Source: Candidatus Altimarinota bacterium (GTDB lineage: Bacteria; Patescibacteriota; Gracilibacteria; UBA1369). From it: a stretch of DNA of 64,000 nt. Below the pieces are notes generated by a model. That model did not search any database. It was given only the letters and a program-made list of their open reading frames with translations, and was not told the DNA's origin. The DNA is taken from NCBI GenBank assembly GCA_963677745.1, contig OY782391.1, positions 1,248,001-1,312,000 of the forward strand. The letters run 5' to 3'. Below are positions 50,784 to 60,661 of this stretch, in pieces; position 1 is the first letter of the stretch, and each line of letters starts with the position of its first letter. The position numbers and the translations under genes were made by a program.

Positions 50784-53700
50784 TTAGGCGGCTTTTTTGC
50801 TTACTGGTGCCTCTGCGTTGTCATTGGCAGGCAGCTGGGATGAGACAATGGTTCCAATATCGACTTTGTTTTTGGCAGCCGCAGCGTTATATTCAGCGAC
50901 TTTTTGATTCAGATCCATCTGCTGCTCAATCAGTTTGTTGATCTTTCTGGCCAGTCTCTTCCTATCCCATTTGTAAGGTACGTTCATTTGTTTTCTGCGC
51001 AATTTTCCAATATCCACGCCGATATCGAAAATTTCCTCGTTCAACTCTTCAATGCGGTCACGATAATAGCCGCGTAAAGTGGATTTGCTGAACATTCCAA
51101 CCATTCTCTTGGGCATATGGGTGGACCTTCGAAGTGCCCTGCCCACCAGCCTTACCGGGAAGGTTCCGCCTTTCCAGGCCCAGCCCAGCGGTGCCGTAAC
51201 AGGAGTAGCCAGCAGTCTTCCCACGCTGAATGATTTGCTGGCGGCCGATCTGGCCTTGGCGGCATTGAGAAAGTTCCTTCTGCTCCAGGCCCAGCTTTTC
51301 TTGGTCCCGGACCAGAAAGCCCTGGCTCCTCGTTTTGTGTGACCCCAGCCGTTCTGTAAACGGAAGTTGGTCGACATTTTATCAAATACCTGTGCCAGTC
51401 CTACTGATTGTAAATATTCTTTTTTCTCTTTCCTGCTAAGCTTGTTTTCACGGATGTACTGCCGGGCCTTTTCCACCCGGTCATGGAGATCGGAAGCATC
51501 TCTGATTTGTCTTTCTATAGCCGTGATGTCTGCTCGAAGGTCGGCAATTTGGCTGGCATAGGCTTCCCGTCCCGGATCGTTTGCGGGCAGGGCATTCATA
51601 CTTGCCTCCAAACCGGCTATTTCCTGACGTTTTCTTTCCAGACCGGCCTGTTTAATTTTGTTCATGCCGTCCAGAGCGTCTTTATCCAGAACCCTCTTCA
51701 ATGCTTTTTTGGCAAACTGCACTCTCCAGATGGCATCCTTGTGTTTAACCTGGGCTCTGATTGTGTTATCAAGTTGTTTTTCCTGTCGTCTGCTCTCCCT
51801 GAGCAGTCTGATCAGATTGTGTTCGCGTTCACCGGGACCTCCCGCAGCTTCCACCCTGTCCAGAAATTCTCCCACCCACATTTCGGTTTTAACTTGTTTA
51901 AAGGCTTCAATCAGGTTTTCCAAATCCCAGTCATCCGGATCCAGATCCTTACGCAGTTCGGGGGAAACCTCCTTGAATTGTGAGATTGCCTCCTCCAGTG
52001 TCTGGGCAAATCTTTCCAGAGTTTGCCGGGAAACTGGACGGCCGGCGTTATTCATCATTTGTTTGATGTCGCGCCTGGTGGTGAATTTGTTGATGCCTGT
52101 GAAAGGAGTATATTGGTCATTTGATTTGACCAGTCCCTCCAAAAATTTATCTCCGGTAATTTCCTTGAAATCAATCATTTCCAGACCAATCAGATCCTGT
52201 CCTTTAGCTATCATATACTTAAATTTGTCGTAGCCGCGGGCAATTATTCCGCGATTGGCAATTTCCGCTGCCTGGGCGTTGGCGGTGCGTTTTCTGTTTC
52301 TGCTTTCTACATCTTCCACTCTTAAGACAGTTTTGATCAAAGCATAACGGTCTGCTTCCTCATTAAACTGATTGACCGGTATATGCCTTTCACGCATGTG
52401 GTCACGTCTGAGCAGTCTTTTCAGCAGCTCAAAAGGAGTAAGACGGGCCCGGGGAATAGGTATAAGATCATTTCCTCTTTGTTGAACCTGGTTTTCCAGA
52501 TTACTGAAATTTTGATTTAATTGTGTGAGAAAATTTGCCGCAGCAGCAATAGCGGCAGTGTAATCTGCTGTATTTCTGGCAATAGTAATTGGATCCAGGT
52601 TGGGGGGAAATCCAAAAGTTGCTGCAATATCATTGATGCCGTTGGCAGTCATCAGATTGGCCAGATCTGAAGCATTGGTACGGATTACGTTTTCAGCGTC
52701 AGAGATCTTTGTGATTAATGCGTTCAAAGCGGTCTGTTTGCTGTCCTGTACTGTGCGCAGCTGTGCAATCTGATTGGGGTTTGGAATAGGACCGCCCACC
52801 CCGTTAATGGTGTTTTCAATGTTATTAATCTGCGCTTGCAAAGTCAGTTGTTGCATACGCCCATTCTGAGATATGGAGATATTCTGTCGTATGCCGTTGA
52901 CTAGTCTTCTGGTTTCTGTCTGCAGATTCCTGACGGCATCAAGCTGTTCCTGTGTTCTTTGAGTGGGAGGCGTTTCGGCAGCCATAATCTGTTGCACTTC
53001 ATTCCAGACATCCTGATAGACTTGTGGAGGTATTGCGCCCGCAGCCAGATTGGTCATGGCGGCGCGGTTGGCCAGTCTGTTTCTCAGTTCTGCCAGTAAA
53101 GCCACTCCTTCGGGATTGTTCTCCTCCAATGGAAAAAGGCTGTGCGGTTCCAGCACTTCCACCAGCAAATTGGTAAAAGGTTGAGGTGCGCCTCCTCCCG
53201 GCGGTATAACCATTGTATTGGCCAGAGTTGGTGCTCCGGGTACATCAGTATCCCAAAACTGGCGAAGCCGGTCTGTATCATAAATCATATCCGCACCGAA
53301 CTTGGAACTCTCTTTTTGCTCGACGTAAATCAGCAGCCGCAAGTCACGGAAAGCTTGTGCGTTGACCAGATTGGGTAGTCCGTTGGCCACACACCATTGC
53401 TCCAGTCGTCTCAAAGTCAAAAAGCTAAAGGTAGCCAGAGTATTGGCAATCACCGGTGGAGGTGCGTTTAGGGCCAGCGCTGTGCCCAAATTACCATTCA
53501 TAAACGCCACCATGTTTTGCAACAAGACCGGAGCTCCGGTAAAAATCATGTTCAGTTGTACCTGCAGCCTGTTGGTCACAAACTGTCTCCTTGCCAGGAG
53601 ATTTCTGTCTGCACCAAAACGCCTGTCAACAGCTGCCTCAACATAGGTATTGGCCCCTACCATTGAACCGACTCCCCGCATAACTTTCACAAAATTGCGG

Positions 53701-54077
53701 CCTGACCTTACCGGCAGATTCTGGTTCAAATGTTCAACTGTCAGAGAATCCTGATAATTCCTGATGTCTGGGCCGTCATTTTCTGGAATTTCATTTCCAT
53801 ATACCTCCCGATAAAGATGCATCTGCACTTTTTCCTCGATAGTGCGCTGTCTGAGATCGGCCATCCCTCCCGGCTGATTGAGGGTAAGCTGGTGGGCAAC
53901 TTTTTCATTTACCCCGGTCCGTAAAAAAGTGACGTCATTGGCGATTCTGTTGGCCTCTTCATAGAAGGCGGCATTTTCCTGCTGCGCCTGTTCCATCATC
54001 CGTTCTCTTCGCTCTTTTTCGGAGGAGAGAATGGGATGTTTTCTGTGTGACTCCGGAAATCTGATTACTTTGCCCAT
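50784..54077 (-). CDS. large coiled-coil hypothetical protein with basic C-terminus
   Basis: 1097 aa; N/Q/A-rich coiled coils, R/K/W-rich amphipathic C-terminus; TGGTATAAT extended -10 near 54102-54110. Confidence 0.8.
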   Translation of the reverse strand: MGKVIRFPESHRKHPILSSEKERRERMMEQAQQENAAFYEEANRIANDVTFLRTGVNEKVAHQLTLNQPGGMADLRQRTIEEKVQMHLYREVYGNEIPENDGPDIRNYQDSLTVEHLNQNLPVRSGRNFVKVMRGVGSMVGANTYVEAAVDRRFGADRNLLARRQFVTNRLQVQLNMIFTGAPVLLQNMVAFMNGNLGTALALNAPPPVIANTLATFSFLTLRRLEQWCVANGLPNLVNAQAFRDLRLLIYVEQKESSKFGADMIYDTDRLRQFWDTDVPGAPTLANTMVIPPGGGAPQPFTNLLVEVLEPHSLFPLEENNPEGVALLAELRNRLANRAAMTNLAAGAIPPQVYQDVWNEVQQIMAAETPPTQRTQEQLDAVRNLQTETRRLVNGIRQNISISQNGRMQQLTLQAQINNIENTINGVGGPIPNPNQIAQLRTVQDSKQTALNALITKISDAENVIRTNASDLANLMTANGINDIAATFGFPPNLDPITIARNTADYTAAIAAAANFLTQLNQNFSNLENQVQQRGNDLIPIPRARLTPFELLKRLLRRDHMRERHIPVNQFNEEADRYALIKTVLRVEDVESRNRKRTANAQAAEIANRGIIARGYDKFKYMIAKGQDLIGLEMIDFKEITGDKFLEGLVKSNDQYTPFTGINKFTTRRDIKQMMNNAGRPVSRQTLERFAQTLEEAISQFKEVSPELRKDLDPDDWDLENLIEAFKQVKTEMWVGEFLDRVEAAGGPGEREHNLIRLLRESRRQEKQLDNTIRAQVKHKDAIWRVQFAKKALKRVLDKDALDGMNKIKQAGLERKRQEIAGLEASMNALPANDPGREAYASQIADLRADITAIERQIRDASDLHDRVEKARQYIRENKLSRKEKKEYLQSVGLAQVFDKMSTNFRLQNGWGHTKRGARAFWSGTKKSWAWSRRNFLNAAKARSAASKSFSVGRLLATPVTAPLGWAWKGGTFPVRLVGRALRRSTHMPKRMVGMFSKSTLRGYYRDRIEELNEEIFDIGVDIGKLRRKQMNVPYKWDRKRLARKINKLIEQQMDLNQKVAEYNAAAAKNKVDIGTIVSSQLPANDNAEAPVSKKAA

Positions 54078-54198
54078 CTGGACTTATATTAAATCTTTTG
54101 ATTATACCATTTTTCACTGTTGAAATAAAGACTTTCCTACGCTAAGATGGGCACGACTTCCGCCGATCGCGAATTTTATAATTAAATCCAAAAGTGGC

Positions 54199-55464
54199 AT
54201 GAAAATTACAGCAGACAAGAGCTCCCCGTCAGAAATCAAACTGACCGTGGAATTATCCGAACTGGAATTGCAGAATTACTATCAAAAGGCTTTGGAAAAG
54301 CTGTCCCAGCAGATCAACGTTAAGGGCTTCCGTCCAGGCAAAGTGCCCCAGGAGGTGGCGGAACAACAGCTGGACAAAGGCTTCGTGATGGCCCATGCCA
54401 TCGATCTGGCTATCGCCCCCACTTATGTGGAGGCCATTAAACAGGAAAAAATCGAACCGATTGCCAGACCCAAGATCAATATTCTCAGTGATTCCCCTTT
54501 GAAATATGAAGCCGTCATAGCTGTTTACCCCGACGTCAAAGTAAAAAACTATCAGAAATTCAATCTGGCCTCGAAAAAAATTGAAGTCAGCGATCAGCAG
54601 GTAGAGGAGGAAGTACAGCATTTCCGCACCTACCATGCCACTTACAGCGACATTACCCGCGCCGCCCAGATGGGCGACCGTGTGGAAATCGATTTTAGCG
54701 GCAGCGATGAGACCGGAGTCCCTTTGGACGGAACAACCAGCAAAAACCATCCGATGGTGCTGGGAGACAAAACTTTCGTTCCCGGTTTTGAAGAGGAGCT
54801 GGTGGGGATGAAAATCGGGGATGAAAAGGAATTTACGGTTACTTTTCCCAAGGATTATTTCCACAAGCCTTTCCAAAACAAACCGGTTAAATTCAAGGTG
54901 AAATTAAACCGCCTGGAGGAAAGACATTTGCCTGAACTGGATGCGGAATTTATCAAAAAAGTATCCGGGAAAGACCTGACCGAAGCCGAATTTAAGGCGG
55001 AAGTAAAAGTCAATCTGCTGAAAAATCTGGAACAGGACGAGAAAAACCGTCTGGAAAACGAATTGCTGGAAAAAATCCGCGACAATACCGAAGTTAAATT
55101 GCCGGAAAGCCTGGTTGACGAAGAAGTTCATTTTATTATTGATGAAATCCGTGACAATGCGGTCAGACGGGGGATCAAGTGGGAAGAGTATCTGAAAGCC
55201 ACCGGCAAGACCGAAGAAGATCTGCACAAAGAGAAACATCAGGATGCCGAGAACCGCCTGAAACTGCGTTTCGGTGTGCAGGAGCTTTTTAAACTGGAAA
55301 AAATCGAGGTGGGGGACGAAGAACTGGAGAAAGCTTACCAGGATGAAATGAAAATACTTGCTTCCATGAATTATGAGCCTAAAATGGAAGAGCAGGAAAT
55401 GCTGAAGTTAAAATTGAAAAACAAACTCAAACTGGAAAAACTCATTGCGGTTTTCCTCAAATAA
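54199..55464 (+). CDS. tig: trigger factor
   Basis: GFRPGKVP, GDRVEIDFSG, FVPGFEE, VTFPKDY. Confidence 0.98.
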   Translation: MKITADKSSPSEIKLTVELSELELQNYYQKALEKLSQQINVKGFRPGKVPQEVAEQQLDKGFVMAHAIDLAIAPTYVEAIKQEKIEPIARPKINILSDSPLKYEAVIAVYPDVKVKNYQKFNLASKKIEVSDQQVEEEVQHFRTYHATYSDITRAAQMGDRVEIDFSGSDETGVPLDGTTSKNHPMVLGDKTFVPGFEEELVGMKIGDEKEFTVTFPKDYFHKPFQNKPVKFKVKLNRLEERHLPELDAEFIKKVSGKDLTEAEFKAEVKVNLLKNLEQDEKNRLENELLEKIRDNTEVKLPESLVDEEVHFIIDEIRDNAVRRGIKWEEYLKATGKTEEDLHKEKHQDAENRLKLRFGVQELFKLEKIEVGDEELEKAYQDEMKILASMNYEPKMEEQEMLKLKLKNKLKLEKLIAVFLK

Positions 55465-55478
55465 TAAAGCCAACAACT

Positions 55479-55733
55479 ATGAGAACATTTCTACTTAGCG
55501 GGACTATTCTGATCTTTGTCATAATTCTGATTGTCTTTTTTCAGAATCTTGCCAATACCATCACCGGCCTCTGGATCTTGTTTTATCAGTTTGACCAGAC
55601 GACCAGCGCCTCCTTGGGAGTGTTTATACTGACCGGATTGGGCTTTATTTGCGGCGCCATCACCACCATGCTGATTACCACTCTCATTACCGCCGGCAAG
55701 GATGAGGAGGCCCCCGGCGGATCCAATTGGTAG
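55479..55733 (+). CDS. small two-TM protein (LapA-like)
   Basis: IIVFFQN...G...G pattern. Confidence 0.6.
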   Translation: MRTFLLSGTILIFVIILIVFFQNLANTITGLWILFYQFDQTTSASLGVFILTGLGFICGAITTMLITTLITAGKDEEAPGGSNW

Positions 55734-55827
55734 TCCGGAGCCAATACTTTTCATAATAGGCTTGCTCTTCGTCCTAAAAAATTATACATTGCAGCCAGTT
55801 GTATAAAAGTTGTGAACAACCCTGGCA

Positions 55828-56385
55828 ATGCTTAAACGTCTGTTTACTTCAACAACCAGAGTTAAACTGCTAACAATTTTTCTGCTCAACCCCGATCAGG
55901 AATTTTTTATTCGTGAATTGACCAGAGAGCTTAATGAACAGATTAATTCGATTCGACGTGAGCTGGACAATCTTAAGAAAATCGGTTTGCTGCGTACCAA
56001 GGAAAAGAACCGTAAAAAGTACTACACGGTGAATAAAAATTTTCTTCTGCTCAATGAATTAAAGTCCATTATAGTCAAGGGAATTAGTAACAAGGATGAG
56101 ATCACCAGAAGGGTGGCCAGTTTCGGGGAAGTGGACGTACTGGTATTTTCCGGAATTTTTGTAAATAAGGAGTCACTGATTGATCTGTTGATAGTAGGCA
56201 ATATCGATAAAGAAAAATTGGAGGAATATTTGAATAACGAGCTGGATACCTCACGCCCCATCAGATTCAGCGTTATGACCCGCGAAGATTTTCTCTACCG
56301 CCGCAAATGCTATGACAAGTTTCTGTCGGAATTGATGGACAGCCCCGATAACCTGGTTACCATCAATAATCTGGATGAGAAATAA
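55828..56385 (+). CDS. winged-HTH + nucleotidyltransferase-like domain protein
   Basis: LFTSTTRVKLL, IRELTR, NSIRRELDNL, FSGIF...IDLLIVG. Confidence 0.85.
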   Translation: MLKRLFTSTTRVKLLTIFLLNPDQEFFIRELTRELNEQINSIRRELDNLKKIGLLRTKEKNRKKYYTVNKNFLLLNELKSIIVKGISNKDEITRRVASFGEVDVLVFSGIFVNKESLIDLLIVGNIDKEKLEEYLNNELDTSRPIRFSVMTREDFLYRRKCYDKFLSELMDSPDNLVTINNLDEK

Positions 56386-56480
56386 GACGGAAATTTAAAC
56401 ATTCTAAAATTACTTGCAATTTAGTTGGCCATTACCTAATATAACACGGCAAAACTACTCTTTATTACTGGAATTTCCCT

Positions 56481-56963
56481 ATGTCCAATCTACTAATTCA
56501 GAAAATAGAAAAGAAACAGATTAAACCTGATCTGCCGGTCATAAAAGCCGGTTACACCGTCCGCGTACATCAGAAAATCAAGGAAGGTGAAAAGGAAAGA
56601 ATCCAGATATATGAAGGTTTGGTGATTGCCCTGAATCACGGACACGGTCCCAGCAAAACCATGACTGTCAGAAAAGTGGTTGAGGGAATCGGAGTGGAAA
56701 AAATATTTCCGTTGAATTCACCGGCCGTAGCCAAGATTGAAGTTGTCAGAATCGGCAAGGTTCGCCGTGCCAAACTGTACTATATGCGCGACATCAGCGG
56801 TAAAGCCGCCAGATTGAAGGAAATGCTGGTGGGAAAAGGTGCTGAAGTGCTTGCGGATAAGGAACTGGAAGCGGAAAAAGTTGCCGGGGTGAAAAAAGTA
56901 GCGGAAGTTGAAGCGACTCCGGTTGAAGACACTACTGAAAAATCCGAGCAAGCAGAGCAATAA
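56481..56963 (+). CDS. rplS: 50S ribosomal protein L19 (acidic C-terminal extension)
   Basis: [37 protein letters not shown]. Confidence 0.99.
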   Translation: MSNLLIQKIEKKQIKPDLPVIKAGYTVRVHQKIKEGEKERIQIYEGLVIALNHGHGPSKTMTVRKVVEGIGVEKIFPLNSPAVAKIEVVRIGKVRRAKLYYMRDISGKAARLKEMLVGKGAEVLADKELEAEKVAGVKKVAEVEATPVEDTTEKSEQAEQ

Positions 56964-56971
56964 CCCTCTGA

Positions 56972-57604
56972 ATGAGCCCTAGAATAGCCAAGAATCAGAC
57001 ACCAGTACCTTCAGACAAAGTAATAATTGCCGGATTGGATGAAGCGGGACGCGGCCCATGGGCCGGCCCGATTGTTGCCTGTGCTTATATAGAAACCAGG
57101 CCGGTCACAGGAGTCAAAATAACCGATTCCAAAAAACTCAATGAAGCGCAGCGTCAGGAAGCCTATGCGGAGCTGATCACCCATGGTCATTATGGAGTGG
57201 GGTTTGCCGAAGTGTCTGAGATAGACAAACTTGGTTTGGCCAAAGCCAATCGGCTGGCCTTTCGAAGAGCTCTGGAAGGTCTGAAAATCAAACCTGATCT
57301 GATCCTGATTGATGGGCGGGACAAAATTGACCGCAGAACGACCTTGGGAATACCGTTCAAAACGATAATACGGGGCGACTTGGCTATCAGATCGATTTCC
57401 TGTGCTTCGATCATAGCCAAAGTGACGCGTGATCAATTGATGGATAAACTGGCCAAAAAATATCCCAAATACCGATTTGAAGAGCATAAAGGGTATGGTA
57501 CGGCCCTTCACCGGAAACTTCTCAAACAATTTGGCGCCAGTGAAATTCACCGTCAGAGTTTTAAACCGGTCAATCATTTGCGCCAGACCGCAATTTTTGA
57601 GTAA
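56972..57604 (+). CDS. rnhB: ribonuclease HII
   Basis: GLDEAGRGPWAGP, DSKKL, ASIIAKVTRD, HKGYGT, HRQSF. Confidence 0.98.
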   Translation: MSPRIAKNQTPVPSDKVIIAGLDEAGRGPWAGPIVACAYIETRPVTGVKITDSKKLNEAQRQEAYAELITHGHYGVGFAEVSEIDKLGLAKANRLAFRRALEGLKIKPDLILIDGRDKIDRRTTLGIPFKTIIRGDLAIRSISCASIIAKVTRDQLMDKLAKKYPKYRFEEHKGYGTALHRKLLKQFGASEIHRQSFKPVNHLRQTAIFE

Positions 57605-57632
57605 TAATCAGGAATGCCCGGTCAAATTTCTG

Positions 57633-58751
57633 TCAAAGCAGCTCTTTCAGCAGTTTTTCGTGTTCAAAAAAGTTGTAAGTGCTTCGTAGTTTTTGGCTTT
57701 CCAGCTGGTTCCGTAGCGAAACATAATTAGTCTGGGTCTTTAAAAAAGACTTTTCCAGGGCAGTCAGATTGAAACTTTCATAATCCAGACAATATTCGCC
57801 CAAATTAATTGTCTGCAAAAAGGATTTGACCTTCTGGCTGTAGGAAAGTGCTATAAATGGAGTCACTGCAAGAATCGAAAAAATAATCGAATGAAGTCGC
57901 ATTCCAATCACCAATTCACTTCTGGAAATAATTTCCAAAACCTGTGAAAAATCCTGAACAGTTTTTAAGGTCATAGCTTCGGGGTTTACCAGTCTGTCGG
58001 CAACTTCGCGGTAACTGACCCGGTCATCGTCCAGGTCGGTTTGAAAAGGGATAAAAACTGTTTTCAAACGGTGTTTTTCCCATAAATAATCAATCATTCC
58101 GGCTACCTGTCCAGAAATTTCTTTTGAATTGCCGTTGATCCAGGGGCGCAAACTCAAAACAACCTGTTTTTGACGGGTGATGGATTTCTCCTGGTCATAA
58201 CCTATGCCGAAGGCGGGATCTGCCATTAGATGGATATTCTTTACACCCAGTGATTTTAGTAACAGCTCTGATTGTGAATCCCTGACCGTTACAAGCAAAG
58301 CCCGCTTAAACACAGCTGCGGTTAGTCTTCTGGCCAATTTGCTTTTAAGAGGACCGACGCTTTGGCTGATGCAAATCAATTTTTTATTGAAAATTCTGAA
58401 CCATATATATTGAACAAACCAGATCCAGACTGCACGGGGTTTTTCGTCAGTAAAAAGACCCCCGCCGCCCAATAAAACGATATCTGCCGCCGCCATCCGG
58501 GCGATGGTTTTCCATCCGGAGGTAGTAAACCAGAAACGAAAAAATGATCTGACGCCGGCCGGGAAATGAAGAACTGCCTGAACTCGAAAATCTGCGGCTG
58601 TCTGAGCCGGCTTGGCAGACATCACTGTAATATCTGAATGTGGCCAGGTTGATTTGATCAGATGTATCAGACCTCCCAAAATCGCATCGTCTCCCAGATT
58701 GGATGCTCCATAGTTACCGCAAACCACTATTTGTTTTTTGTCTGCCGCCAT
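57633..58751 (-). CDS. csaB: polysaccharide pyruvyl transferase CsaB family
   Basis: GNYGASNLGDDAIL, GGGGLF, VRD..S, ADPAF, GMRLHS, YSQKV. Confidence 0.88.
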   Translation of the reverse strand: MAADKKQIVVCGNYGASNLGDDAILGGLIHLIKSTWPHSDITVMSAKPAQTAADFRVQAVLHFPAGVRSFFRFWFTTSGWKTIARMAAADIVLLGGGGLFTDEKPRAVWIWFVQYIWFRIFNKKLICISQSVGPLKSKLARRLTAAVFKRALLVTVRDSQSELLLKSLGVKNIHLMADPAFGIGYDQEKSITRQKQVVLSLRPWINGNSKEISGQVAGMIDYLWEKHRLKTVFIPFQTDLDDDRVSYREVADRLVNPEAMTLKTVQDFSQVLEIISRSELVIGMRLHSIIFSILAVTPFIALSYSQKVKSFLQTINLGEYCLDYESFNLTALEKSFLKTQTNYVSLRNQLESQKLRSTYNFFEHEKLLKELL

Positions 58752-58823
58752 TGTCGGTGAAATTTGTAATGACTCAACTTTATCTGAATTTAACGAGATG
58801 ATTAAGCTATATTATAAAAAACA

Positions 58824-58914
58824 TTGACAAAAGAGTAAAAAAATAGTTTAATTCAATCTTGCTTAAAATTTCCGGAACGGTTGCGGCAAGATTTTGCTCC
58901 TTGAAATAAAGGCA
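58824..58914 (+). promoter_or_regulatory. promoter + 5' hairpin + boxA-like element of high-GC unit 1
   Basis: TTGACA-17-TTTAAT; AATCTTGC/GCAAGATT stem; TGCTCCTTGAAA; ATAAAGGCA. Confidence 0.7.
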
Positions 58915-58920
58915 CAAAGT

Positions 58921-59225
58921 CCGTACAGCACCTAAAAAGAGGCTAATTGCTCGACCAATGCTGTCTCTGCTTTTTAATCTGTCCCAAGTGGTCAGGGAAA
59001 AAGAGAGGGGTAACCTGGGAAAGCTGTAGCTTCCTTTAGGTGCTGTACGGCAATGGAAACAAAAGTCTGATCCCGACACATCGGTCGGGCAGACTGGCGG
59101 ATCTGGCGCTATTTCCAACCTTTCAAGAAGAAGGCAGCGCAGGTCCGCGTAAGGATTCTGACCGGCTCCGCATGCTGCGGGGCCAGTCTCACTGGTTACG
59201 CCGACCCAATGTGGGCGGCGCATGC
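58921..59225 (+). ncRNA. candidate highly structured 5' leader RNA
   Basis: Perfect 16-bp stem 58921-58936/59035-59050 enclosing several small hairpins, then four consecutive hairpins up to the SD. Confidence 0.55.
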
Positions 59226-59239
59226 GAGGAGAAAACGAC

Positions 59240-60490
59240 ATGAAGCAGAGCATTCTAACCAACCTCGCGGTCCTCGTGTGTACTGCCGTCCTGGTAGCGC
59301 TCACGGGGTCTGCGGCTGCTCAGGAGGGGCTCACGCCCGCCTGGCGGTACCACGCATCAACCGATCTCGGCCTGAGCCACTGCGAGTCCGCCTTCTTCGG
59401 AGACGGCAAGGCAATGGTCAACACCGCTCAGATCGCGAAGTCGACCAACGGGGTAACGATCTCTGGTGAAACGGGTAAGACCGTTCGCATCAGGTTCGTC
59501 TGTGAGCGCGCCCAGGAAAAGGGCGCTCGCAGCGAGCTCTTGAGGATCGGCCCCGAAGGTACGTACAACGCGAACCCCGGCGGCGCCGGTATGTCGGTCG
59601 GCTTCGACAAACCCACTGATGATCCCAACAAGACAGCCCTCCACAAGGCGCTGGCGAAGGGACGGGAGTGGGTGTTCACGGTCGGCGCACAGCCCCAGAC
59701 CATCGTGCTGACCTGGAGTGGTGAGTTGGGGAGCGACAAGTTGAGCGTAACTGTTCAACCGTTCGCACCTCCTCCCACCGTTCCCCAGGTGCAGGAAATG
59801 ATCGCTCCGGTCGAGCAGAAGGCGGATGAAGCGCAGACGACTGCCAACGACGCCTACAGCCGGGCAGCCCACGACAATCTCGAGAAGTACCGCTTCATCG
59901 CCGTCACGCTCGGCTACCAGCTGGGATTGAACACGCTCGCTCGAGACGGCGGCAACGCGGACATGGGGGCAAATCTGAACATCGACTACAGCTTCGGACC
60001 GGCAGGCGCCTTCAAGGGGCTCACCGGAATGGTAGCGATGCTCAACTTCGTCCAGAAGCCGGTCATGGAGGCTCCCAATGCGACCGGCTACAACAACTGG
60101 ATCGACTCGCAGACGCTCTACGTCGGCCCGAAGATCGGGTTCGACTACATGCCGGCCAAGTGGTTCGATCTCAGGGTGTTTGCTTCGCTGGGCGCGTTCA
60201 TCAGCTTCGACGGGTCGGTGCCGCTGACCCAGCTTCCCGACGGGAGACTCTTCACGTCGGAGGCACAAACGAACACGGCGCTCGGCTGGATGCTCATGGC
60301 ACAGCCGGGCTTCGTGATCGGCAACTTCCTCATTCAGCCCCAGATCGGCATCGGTGGCACGATGACCAAGGTGCAGACCGAACTGGGCCCGGACTTCGTC
60401 TGCTCGGCGCACGAACCCAACTGCGCCGAGCGCAGAGACGGGTTCGTGTTCAGGGTGCATGGCGGCCTGAACGCGGGAGTGATCTTCTAG
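59240..60490 (+). CDS. high-GC secreted protein with a C-terminal outer-membrane beta-barrel-like domain
   Basis: SD GAGGAG; signal peptide ending AAA/Q; alternating beta-strand pattern; ends GGLNAGVIF (terminal Phe). Confidence 0.75.
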   Translation: MKQSILTNLAVLVCTAVLVALTGSAAAQEGLTPAWRYHASTDLGLSHCESAFFGDGKAMVNTAQIAKSTNGVTISGETGKTVRIRFVCERAQEKGARSELLRIGPEGTYNANPGGAGMSVGFDKPTDDPNKTALHKALAKGREWVFTVGAQPQTIVLTWSGELGSDKLSVTVQPFAPPPTVPQVQEMIAPVEQKADEAQTTANDAYSRAAHDNLEKYRFIAVTLGYQLGLNTLARDGGNADMGANLNIDYSFGPAGAFKGLTGMVAMLNFVQKPVMEAPNATGYNNWIDSQTLYVGPKIGFDYMPAKWFDLRVFASLGAFISFDGSVPLTQLPDGRLFTSEAQTNTALGWMLMAQPGFVIGNFLIQPQIGIGGTMTKVQTELGPDFVCSAHEPNCAERRDGFVFRVHGGLNAGVIF

Positions 60491-60497
60491 GCCAGTA

Positions 60498-60650
60498 CCG
60501 GAGGCCGGCAGCGAAAGTAGCAGCGTCAACACGCTCGCACTTCCGCTTCCGCACGGCCGAACGCAGCTTATTAGTAGCTGCCGGCCTCCGGGAATAACAA
60601 GTGATTCGGCCCGCTCGTAGTAGGGCCAACGAAAGCCCCTACGGGCACTC
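60498..60650 (+). other. structured intergenic RNA element
   Basis: Perfect 15-bp stem 60498-60512/60577-60591 plus a further hairpin before the SD. Confidence 0.55.
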
Positions 60651-60661
60651 ATGGAGGAAAC

